The notes under the pieces are model-generated. The model saw only the letters and a list, made by a program, of their open reading frames with translations, did no database searches and was not told the origin of the DNA. Made by a program: the position numbers and the translations under genes. A stretch of DNA of 64,000 nt, taken from positions 1 through 64,000 of the forward strand of contig CBDEUM010000014.1 in assembly GCA_965242925.1 (NCBI GenBank), written 5' to 3'. Shown in pieces: positions 56,315-64,000 of this stretch. This DNA comes from Roseibacillus sp. Lineage in GTDB: Bacteria > Verrucomicrobiota > Verrucomicrobiia > Verrucomicrobiales > Akkermansiaceae. The first letter of the stretch is position 1. The number at the start of each line of letters is the position of its first letter.

Positions 56315-56564
56315 ACCAGGGCCCCGGAAGGACTTCATGCCCACAGGCATCAACGAAAAATACCGGTGGAACGGGGCCTGCAAGGTGGTTCTTTCCAACT
56401 GTCCCCGGCGGAGCCGGGACCTCCTGATGGAACGCCTTCCGGACAACCATTGTCCTCGGAAGAATCTGAATTCGTGGGCCTGAGACTCTCTAGGAAAATG
56501 AATCCTTTTCTCCTGATTATCCGGATTGCCAAATAAAACAGAGGTAGGTAGCATTCCCAGCGTT

Positions 56565-57326
56565 ATGAAACGATATGCCTTGATCAAGCCCGCCGTCCTT
56601 GCTGGTTCGGCCCTCTTCGCGGGATTCGCCCTTGCCGGTGAGCCTGCTCCCAAAGCGGCTATTACCCCTGCTCCTTCGTCGGACCTCGAAGTCAGTTTCG
56701 GGGTGGGATATACCTCTGAGGATGTCTGGCGAGGCAACAATAGAGGAGATGACCTCTTCGATGCCAGTATCGGAGTGTCCGGAAGCGGATCCTTGGGTGG
56801 TCTCGGAGACCTCGATCTGTCTGCTGGCCTTCATCTCCTCACCAGAAGCAATGGGACGCGATCTGCCACATCAGGCGCCCAGGAACTGCGTATCAACATG
56901 GAAGCCTCCAAATCGCTGGGCTGCTTTGACCTCGCGGTCGGGGTCACCAACTACTCCGGGTTCGGGGATTGGAGCGGCAGGGAGGACCTCCTTGAGCCCT
57001 ATGTCGCTCTCATTACCAAATTGGCCGGCTTGAACGTCGGTATCGGCGTCTACGATGATCACAACGACGTGACCGGCAGTGATGATCCCTACATCGAAAT
57101 CACTGCAAGCAGGTCCGTGGCCCTTGGTGGTCTCGGACTCAGCGTAGAAGGCGTTGTTGGCACTTGGAACGAATTCGATGATACCCACTACGGCCTCTCG
57201 ATTTGTCGGCCCATTGCCGCTTCCGACAGCATCACCGTCACTCCCCATGTCTCGGCGATCTTCGGGGATACTTCCTCTGGTGATGACGAGTTCACCGCGG
57301 GCGTGAATCTCGGCTTTGGATTTTAA
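56565..57326 (+). CDS. Outer-membrane beta-barrel (TorF/Gcw_chp-like), copy 1
   Basis: Signal peptide; GYTSEDVWRG; alternating beta strands; C-terminal Phe. Confidence 0.7.
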   Translation: MKRYALIKPAVLAGSALFAGFALAGEPAPKAAITPAPSSDLEVSFGVGYTSEDVWRGNNRGDDLFDASIGVSGSGSLGGLGDLDLSAGLHLLTRSNGTRSATSGAQELRINMEASKSLGCFDLAVGVTNYSGFGDWSGREDLLEPYVALITKLAGLNVGIGVYDDHNDVTGSDDPYIEITASRSVALGGLGLSVEGVVGTWNEFDDTHYGLSICRPIAASDSITVTPHVSAIFGDTSSGDDEFTAGVNLGFGF

Positions 57327-57358
57327 GGGCTCTGGAATCGTAGGATCTTCTAACCTTC

Positions 57359-57385
57359 AGGGGGAGCCACTAGGCTCCCCCTTTT
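57359..57385 (+). terminator. Intrinsic terminator
   Basis: AGGGGGAGCC-ACTA-GGCTCCCCCT-TTT. Confidence 0.85.
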
Positions 57386-57555
57386 CGTGTTTATCAGCCC
57401 CAGATCCGTTTTTTTGACCCTTCCCTCCGGTCTCACCGGGGAATTATTGACTCTTAAAAATGGGGCGAAACCTCGATCCTGTCCTCTTATGAGGTGATCT
57501 CACGTGATTCTGCAGGTTGTAAAAGGGCTCAGAAAACGGTAAAGGGCTCCCCGTC

Positions 57556-58281
57556 ATGAAACTAAACGTGTTCATCAAGCCTGCCGTCCTTGCTGGATCG
57601 GCACTCTTCGCAGGATTCGCCCTTGCTGGCGATCCCTCCTCCAAAGCAGCTATTGCCGCTGCTTCTTCGTCAAACCTCGCGGTCAATTTCGGCGCAGGTT
57701 ATTCGTCCGATTATGTCTTTCGCGGAAACAACAACGGAGCTGACCTCTTTGACGCCAGCATCGGTGTTTCCGGCAGCGGGGACAATTTCGACTGGGCGGC
57801 TGGCCTCTGGCTCGCTTCCTATGAGGGTGGCAATGAGTTGGACATCCATATGTCGGCGTCCAAGTCACTCAGCGACAATCTGGATCTGACGCTTGGAGTC
57901 ACCAACTACTCCTACTTCGGGGGTGCTGCCGGCGGTGACGACCTTGAGCCCTATGTTTCCCTGGGTACCTCTGTGGGAGGGATCTGCCTGGGTGTTGCGG
58001 CATACTACAACGAGAGCGGCGCAGCCGCTGCCCACGACATCTACTGGGAGCTCACCGCTGGTCTGGTAGAAATGGACCTTGGTGGCAATATGACGCTCGG
58101 TATCTCGGGTGTGCTCGGTCACTTCGATGATGGTCCGGTTGATACCTTCTACGGTATTAGTGCCGGCCTGAGCATCGCCGCTTCGGACAGCATCACCGTT
58201 ACTCCTCACATCACGCACACCATTGATGGTGAGAGCGGCGACGAGACCGTCACCGGCGTGAGTGTTAATTTCGCATTCTAG
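57556..58281 (+). CDS. Outer-membrane beta-barrel (TorF/Gcw_chp-like), copy 2
   Basis: GYSSDYVFRG signature; C-terminal VNFAF. Confidence 0.75.
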   Translation: MKLNVFIKPAVLAGSALFAGFALAGDPSSKAAIAAASSSNLAVNFGAGYSSDYVFRGNNNGADLFDASIGVSGSGDNFDWAAGLWLASYEGGNELDIHMSASKSLSDNLDLTLGVTNYSYFGGAAGGDDLEPYVSLGTSVGGICLGVAAYYNESGAAAAHDIYWELTAGLVEMDLGGNMTLGISGVLGHFDDGPVDTFYGISAGLSIAASDSITVTPHITHTIDGESGDETVTGVSVNFAF

Positions 58282-58315
58282 TCTGAGCGAGACGACTCAA
58301 TTTTGATATACCGGG

Positions 58316-58342
58316 AAGGGGAGCCGTCAGGCTCCCCTTTTT
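58316..58342 (+). terminator. Intrinsic terminator
   Basis: AAGGGGAGCC-GTCA-GGCTCCCCTT-TTT. Confidence 0.85.
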
Positions 58343-58376
58343 GCGTCCCTTGTTCCACCTTACCCTGTTCCTCCTC

Positions 58377-59370
58377 ATGGGGACTCGCTGGAAGCAGCAA
58401 ACAACCCTTCCTGCCCGCATCGAAGTCCTCTCCCTCACTTTTCACGAGTCCAAGATCGTATCGCGCAGCGACCCCGTACTCGGCTGGCGGGTCACCCCCT
58501 ACGCCTACTTCCTCCTCAAGTGCAGGGGCCCCGAAGTGGACAGCATCCCTCCGCTCTCCATCGATCTCGATTTCCTCGACACCTCCGGCTATGTGGTCCT
58601 GCCCATTTCCACCTCTGCCCTTCCCATCGATGCCTCCAAGCCATCCCAGGCGCGACCCGTGCGCGACTTGAAGGTTGCCCTCACTCTCGATGAACGGACC
58701 GCGGAAGAGGAGGATAGCCTCCACCTCGATGTGAAAGCTTCGGGTCACGGGCTCATTCCACCCTTGGAAGTTCTGCTCGATCTCCCGCCCGCCGGCTTCA
58801 CAATTGCCGACACCGAAGACCGCGAACTTCTCATCGAGGAACTCGATGCCGAAACCGATGACGGTGCGCCCCTCTCAACCCACGAGTGGCGCGTCAAGCT
58901 CGTTCCGGAAGGAGACCGCGCCCCCAAGGAGTTTACCTTTCCCTCCGTGCAGGTCGAGACCGCGGGGGAAGAGGGACTGACCCTGCAACGCTACGAGGAT
59001 GTCGACCTCGTTTCCGTTCCCGCCACCGTCACCCTCGGCGCCAGGATGGGCCTTGGCTTCACCGTGGCTCCTCCTCCTTATCATTCCAGCCCTGGCCCTC
59101 CTCTCCTTCGTCCTCCGGTTGGTTCTGCGCCGCAGCGGACCGTCTCCGGTCCCCTACACCGGGCCAGACGTCCCCTCCACCCTCACCCCAGTCACACTCC
59201 TCGCCTTCCTTAAGCGGCTCCGCGCCTACGAGGGACTAAGCAAGGATCGACGTAGAGCTCTCGAATCCGAGATCACCCTCCTGCAAGACCGCTTCTTCGG
59301 ACCCGGACAGGAGAGCGCGGCCACCACCGATCTCCACGAAATCGCCCTCAAGTGGAAGCCCGCCGCTTAG
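58377..59370 (+). pseudogene. 5'-truncated, frameshifted remnant of a larger membrane-anchored hypothetical protein
   Basis: Protein-like frame to about 59040 (EVLSLTFH...TPYAYFLLK...DLDFLDTSGYVVLP); the TM helix and tail (PWLLLLIIPALALL...TPVTLLAFLKRL) continue in the +1 frame to 59370. Confidence 0.6.
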
Positions 59371-59390
59371 ACTGGTTGCCGGCCAGCGGT

Positions 59391-60764
59391 CTAACTTGAG
59401 GCTTCCGGTTTCGGCTCCAGGATGCCCTTCTCTCCTTCGCTCTTCGCGATCACCACCGCTGCGCAGGAATCGCCAAGCACATTGACTGCGGTACGGCTCA
59501 TGTCGAGCAGGCGATCGACAGCGAGCAGGGTCATGATCGCGATCTCCGCTCCCGGGATCCCGGAGTTCAGGAGAATGATGAAGATCGCCACCAGGCTGGC
59601 CGAAGGAATTCCCGCCACCCCGATACTGGTGAGCAGAGCCGCCAGCACCACGATGAATTGCTGCCCGAAGCCCATCTCAATGTTCATTACCTGTGCCACG
59701 AAGATGACCGCCACGCACTCATAGAGCGCAGTGCCGTTCATGTTGACCGTCGCGCCAAGCGGAAGGGTGAAGCTGGCGATCTTCTTGGAAACACCGGCAT
59801 TGTCCTGAACACAGCGCATGGTCACCGGCAGAGTAGCGGAAGAGGAGGCTGTGGAAAAAGCGGTCAGAAGGGCGGTCCGCATGGCCCTGAAGTGCGCCAG
59901 CGGGCTGACCTTTCCCACGTAGCGCAGGATGAGTGGCATGATCACCACAAAGTGAATGAGGAGGGATGTCAGCACCGTGAAGAAGTACTTGCCAAGAACC
60001 AAGAAGATCTCGCCGCCCGACTTGTAAACCACGGGAAGTAACAGCGCGTACACCCCGATCGGAGCGAGCGCCATGATCCAACGCGTCAGCAGGATCATGA
60101 CATCATTCAGCGATTGAAAGAACTCCCGCATGGTCCCCATGCTGTCCACGGGCAATCGCGTGATGGCCACCGCAAAGAGAATGCTGAAGAAGATCAGCCC
60201 TAACATCGCACGGTTGTCCGAGGCCGCCTTCATCACATTGGCGGGAATCATCCCCTTGACGAAATTGGCCATCAGCTTGAAGAATCCGCCCGATCCGGGC
60301 CCGATGCCTTCGGCCTCGGCCTTTGCTGCCGCGACCTTCTCCTTGTCGGTCTCCGAAGCACCCTCGAATTGATCCTTGAATGCTTTCTCGATGGTCTCAT
60401 TCGGCTCGCCGTCAGTGAGTCCCGGCTTGATGAGATTGACCATGGACAGCCCCACCAGAATCGCGAAGAGGCCGGTGAACGCGTAGAAGCCGGCTGTCTT
60501 CCCGAGCATGCGCCCAAATCCCTCCATCCCGTGCAGGCTCGCAATACCCGCCACTACCGAGGAGACAATCAGGGGCACGATGATCATCTTCAACAGGTTC
60601 ATGAAGACGTCCTTGCCGAGGAATTCAAAGGTCTTCACCGCACCTGAGACGAATCCCGAAGCCCCCGACCCGTTCCCATTATCGATACTACGAAACAGGA
60701 AGGCAGTCAGCGTCGCCAGGACCAGCGCCGCGAGGATTTGCCAGTGCGGCTTGATCTTCGTCAT
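59391..60764 (-). CDS. Dicarboxylate/amino acid:cation symporter (DAACS, GltP/GltPh family)
   Basis: [46 protein letters not shown]. Confidence 0.93.
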   Translation of the reverse strand: MTKIKPHWQILAALVLATLTAFLFRSIDNGNGSGASGFVSGAVKTFEFLGKDVFMNLLKMIIVPLIVSSVVAGIASLHGMEGFGRMLGKTAGFYAFTGLFAILVGLSMVNLIKPGLTDGEPNETIEKAFKDQFEGASETDKEKVAAAKAEAEGIGPGSGGFFKLMANFVKGMIPANVMKAASDNRAMLGLIFFSILFAVAITRLPVDSMGTMREFFQSLNDVMILLTRWIMALAPIGVYALLLPVVYKSGGEIFLVLGKYFFTVLTSLLIHFVVIMPLILRYVGKVSPLAHFRAMRTALLTAFSTASSSATLPVTMRCVQDNAGVSKKIASFTLPLGATVNMNGTALYECVAVIFVAQVMNIEMGFGQQFIVVLAALLTSIGVAGIPSASLVAIFIILLNSGIPGAEIAIMTLLAVDRLLDMSRTAVNVLGDSCAAVVIAKSEGEKGILEPKPEASS

Positions 60765-61023
60765 CCTCGGCATCCTACCCAAATTCGGACCCTGCGGTCA
60801 AATCCTCCCGTCAGATCCGCGATGTCACCACGATCAGGAATCAACCTTTTGTCGCCGGGAATCGAAATCCCTCCCCCTGCCAGCGCTTCGGTGGAGCGGA
60901 CTTTGGAAGCCATCGTCTTCGCACGCCGATCGCCCACTCCGGGCTGACTGGGAAGTTTCCCTAATCTCTTCTTTCAGCCCTGCCACCATTGCCGGCTTGG
61001 CAATCCGGCGCTATACGAAGTCG

Positions 61024-62334
61024 ATGTCACGCCCGGTCCGCACCCGCTTCGCTCCCTCACCCACCGGCTATCTCCATGTTGGAGGGGCCCGAACCGCGCT
61101 TTTCAACTGGCTCTTTGCCCGCCAGCACGGGGGTGCCTTCATTCTCCGGGTGGAAGACACCGACGAGGCCCGCAACACCAGGGAGGCCCGGGACGCCATC
61201 TTCAACGGGATGCGCTGGCTGGGCCTGGACTGGGATGAGGGCCACGAGACCGGCGGCGCCTGTGGGCCCTACTTCCAGTCGGAGCGCTCGGAAATTTACG
61301 AGAGATGGTTTGAGAAACTGCGCACGTCCGACCGTGTCTACCAGGACGAAGGAGCCTGGCGCTTCCGCTTCGAACGCAGACCGGTCACCGTGCACGACCT
61401 GGTGTGCGGCGAAGTCACCATTGACTACCGTGACGAGTCCAACACGCCCGATATGGTAGTGCGGCGCTCGGATGGCTCCTTTGTCTTTCATTTTGTCAAC
61501 GTGGTGGACGACATCGAAATGGAAATGAGCCACGTCATCCGTGGTGAGGATCACCTCATGAATACCCCCAAGCACCTCCAACTCTTCGAGGCGCTGGACC
61601 AGCATCCGCCCGCCTACGCACACATCCCGTTGATCATGAATGCGGATGGCAGCAAGATGTCCAAGCGTGACCAGGGAGCGGCGGTCCACGAATACCAGGA
61701 GCGCGGGTTCCTCCCGGCCGCAGTGAATAATTTCATCGCCCTCCTCGGATGGTCCCCGAAAGACGACGACGAGTTCTTTTCGACTCCGGATCTGGTGGAA
61801 CGGTTTTCGCTGGAAGCCGTCAACCGCTCCCCCTCGCGCTTCGACTGGGACAAGTGCCAGTGGTTCAACCAGCAACACCTCATGGCCCTCCCTCCCGGTG
61901 AGTTTGCGGCCGCGGCAAAACCCCATGTGGAGCGCTCGGGCTTCGTCATGACCGGGGACTATGAAGCGATGGTGGCCAGCGTGCAGGAGAAGGTCCAGAC
62001 GCTCTCCGAGGTGGCCGGGATGATCGACTTCTATCTCGAATTGCCTCCTCCAGACGAAGAGACCATGGGCAAGGTGCGTAAAAACAGTGATGCGGCCGCC
62101 CTCCTCGGCGACCTTGCCACGCGAATGCAGGAGGTCACCGACTGGTCGCTGGCCACGGAGGCAATCGCCGCCACGGCCGAGGCGCACGGCGTCAAACCAG
62201 GCAGGCTCATGTTCCCCCTGCGGGTAGCCCTTTCCCGCCGGACTGCAGGTCCGGCCCTGAACGACATGCTTGCCATTCTGGGAAAAGAGGAGTCCATTCG
62301 CCGTATCGAACTCCTGACCGGAGATCTCTCCTGA
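61024..62334 (+). CDS. gltX: Glutamate--tRNA ligase
   Basis: RFAPSPTGYLHVGG, LRVEDTD, HVIRGEDH, KMSKR, anticodon-binding domain (PLRVALS). Confidence 0.95.
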   Translation: MSRPVRTRFAPSPTGYLHVGGARTALFNWLFARQHGGAFILRVEDTDEARNTREARDAIFNGMRWLGLDWDEGHETGGACGPYFQSERSEIYERWFEKLRTSDRVYQDEGAWRFRFERRPVTVHDLVCGEVTIDYRDESNTPDMVVRRSDGSFVFHFVNVVDDIEMEMSHVIRGEDHLMNTPKHLQLFEALDQHPPAYAHIPLIMNADGSKMSKRDQGAAVHEYQERGFLPAAVNNFIALLGWSPKDDDEFFSTPDLVERFSLEAVNRSPSRFDWDKCQWFNQQHLMALPPGEFAAAAKPHVERSGFVMTGDYEAMVASVQEKVQTLSEVAGMIDFYLELPPPDEETMGKVRKNSDAAALLGDLATRMQEVTDWSLATEAIAATAEAHGVKPGRLMFPLRVALSRRTAGPALNDMLAILGKEESIRRIELLTGDLS

Positions 62335-62348
62335 GGACGAGGACGCAC

Positions 62349-63284
62349 ATGAAGGATGTCTATACTCTCGATGACCTGGTAAGCCGTTCACGGTTGGACG
62401 AGGGAGCAGAACAACCCGCTCGCCTCGCTGTGCTCGGGTCCCCGGTCGCTCACTCCCTCTCCCCTCAACTCCATCAGGCTGCCCTGGATGAGACGGGAAC
62501 CGGAGGACGCTACATCCGTCTCGAGGTGCCTGCCGGGGAAGTGGCCGGAACCCTCGACCGCCTGCAGGAACTCGAATTCATCGGTGCCAACATCACGGTC
62601 CCCCACAAGTTCGAAGCCCTCTCCGCTGCCGACGAGGTGGATGGCGCGGCCGCCATGCTCGGGGCCGTGAACACCATTCTCTTTGAACGCGGACGCAAGC
62701 TCGCCTTCAATACGGACGGACCCGGATTCGTGCGTGCCATCCACGAGGAGTTTCTGGTGGATGTGAAGGACCTGCGCATCATGGTGGTTGGCGCGGGCGG
62801 AGGTGCCGGGCAAGCCATCGCCGCCCAGTGCGCACGGGAAGGATGCGAACGGCTCGTATTGGTCAACCGCACGGTAGAGAAGGCCGAGGAACTGGCTTTG
62901 CGCCTCTCTCCCTGTTTCGAGAGCGAGCGTCTGGAGGGCCCGGGGGAACGTCTCCAGGTCTTCTCTCCCGACTCTCCGCAACTGGTACCTGTGTCCGATC
63001 ATATCGACCTCATCGTCAACACCACCTCGGTGGGTCTCAAGCGAACCGATCCATCGCCACTGCCTCCCGCCTGCCTCCAGCCTCACCATCTTGTCTTCGA
63101 CACCATCTACAATCCGCCGCAGACCCGCCTGCTGGGAGAGGCCTCCCAGGTGGGTGCGAGAAGCGCCAATGGCCTTTCCCTCCTTCTCTACCAGGGAGTG
63201 CTTTCCTTTGAGCTCTGGTTTCCCGGCCAGCACCCACTCACAACCATGCACTCGGCCCTCCAAGCCACGCTCAGCCACCCCTGA
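62349..63284 (+). CDS. aroE: Shikimate dehydrogenase
   Basis: HSLSP, NITVPHK, AVNT, NTDGPG, GAGGG, NRT, D.IYNP. Confidence 0.93.
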   Translation: MKDVYTLDDLVSRSRLDEGAEQPARLAVLGSPVAHSLSPQLHQAALDETGTGGRYIRLEVPAGEVAGTLDRLQELEFIGANITVPHKFEALSAADEVDGAAAMLGAVNTILFERGRKLAFNTDGPGFVRAIHEEFLVDVKDLRIMVVGAGGGAGQAIAAQCAREGCERLVLVNRTVEKAEELALRLSPCFESERLEGPGERLQVFSPDSPQLVPVSDHIDLIVNTTSVGLKRTDPSPLPPACLQPHHLVFDTIYNPPQTRLLGEASQVGARSANGLSLLLYQGVLSFELWFPGQHPLTTMHSALQATLSHP

Positions 63285-63377
63285 ACCGGGAAATCAGACC
63301 ATCCAGAGGAGAACTGACCAGTCGCGACAGAGGCCAGAAACCATTCTGGAGTTGATTCAAACTGGCCTCCAGGCCCC

Positions 63378-64000
63378 TCAGGGAAGGACCCACTCCTCCG
63401 TGACCAGTTCCATGATCTCCAACTGGTTCACCTTCCCCCCCCCCGCCGGTTTCGACACGCGGACAATAGCGCGGACTTCCTCTTTCCGGTCCAGGATGAA
63501 ACGACCGAAATGAAAGAGACTGAGAAGTTCTTCATCAAGGGAAGATCCCGCCGGAACAAACCCCCAGAGCTGCAGATCCGCCCCGGGCATGGTAATGAGA
63601 TACCAGGAACGCTCCTGGTCTGGCTTGCTGTCAAAATGCGGCTCCTTGTGGAGAAAGCAGCGCAGCATTACGTTTCGCTCCGCCACAGCCGTCGACACTT
63701 CGCTGATGGGCACTTCGGACCAGGCGGTTGAGGCGGCCCAGTCCATCCGGAGGCCCTCTTCCGGTTTGACGAAGTAGGAACGAAAAGTGCTCTGATCTTC
63801 CCGCAATCCCTCCAGAACAAGATAACCGACATTCTTGGTATTCCCGATGCTCCATTGAAACTGCCGCGGATCGGTGGTCATGAACCCCGAGGCCCAACCG
63901 AGCCCGCGGGTGGCAATCTGCCTGAGGGTAACCTCCTCGCGACGGAAAACCGCATCGGGCACAGTTCCCTCGGCGGACTGGTTCAGCTTGTCGAGGATTC
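63378..64000 (-). CDS. Hypothetical protein (5' partial)
   Basis: Frame open to the window end; protein-like sequence (LRMDWAASTAWSE). Confidence 0.65.
   Translation of the reverse strand, partial: ILDKLNQSAEGTVPDAVFRREEVTLRQIATRGLGWASGFMTTDPRQFQWSIGNTKNVGYLVLEGLREDQSTFRSYFVKPEEGLRMDWAASTAWSEVPISEVSTAVAERNVMLRCFLHKEPHFDSKPDQERSWYLITMPGADLQLWGFVPAGSSLDEELLSLFHFGRFILDRKEEVRAIVRVSKPAGGGKVNQLEIMELVTEEWVLP

Noticed and set aside
60508..61023. 172-aa N-terminal extension of GltX in the ORF track
   Set aside because: It overlaps the divergent symporter gene; homology starts at the ATG at 61024

Overview
GC-rich bacterial chromosomal window. The 16S 5' signature (GGCGTGGATAAGACATGC) and the gene content point to Verrucomicrobiota, probably Verrucomicrobiales (inference, no database search run). 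It holds one complete minus-strand rRNA operon (16S-tRNA-Ala-tRNA-Ile-23S-5S) and housekeeping genes (pssA, pgsA, metK, ahcY, ychF, gltX, aroE, a LysM amidase, a DAACS symporter). It also holds many secreted modular proteins (CRTAC1/ASPIC-like, LamG/Ca-binding repeats, CotH-kinase/lamin-tail, three DUF1080). No IS, integrase, prophage or CRISPR was seen. Best candidates for undescribed biology: (1) two YHYH-family genes followed by a fused MbnP-MbnH (di-heme, MauG-like) gene with an altered WxW motif and no adjacent TonB receptor; (2) a bacterial homolog of plant DUF579 glucuronoxylan methyltransferases near a SahR-like/metK/ahcY locus that carries a perfect operator palindrome; (3) a tandem active plus triad-less Deg/HtrA protease pair; (4) two receptor-type Ser/Thr kinases with broken catalytic loops, one with two C-type lectin-like domains; (5) circularly permuted inserted domains in two neighbouring secreted proteins; (6) a shared terminal domain in unrelated secreted proteins. 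Two gene remnants (5'-truncated trmO; a truncated, frameshifted gene) were also found. All family calls come from motifs recognised by eye.
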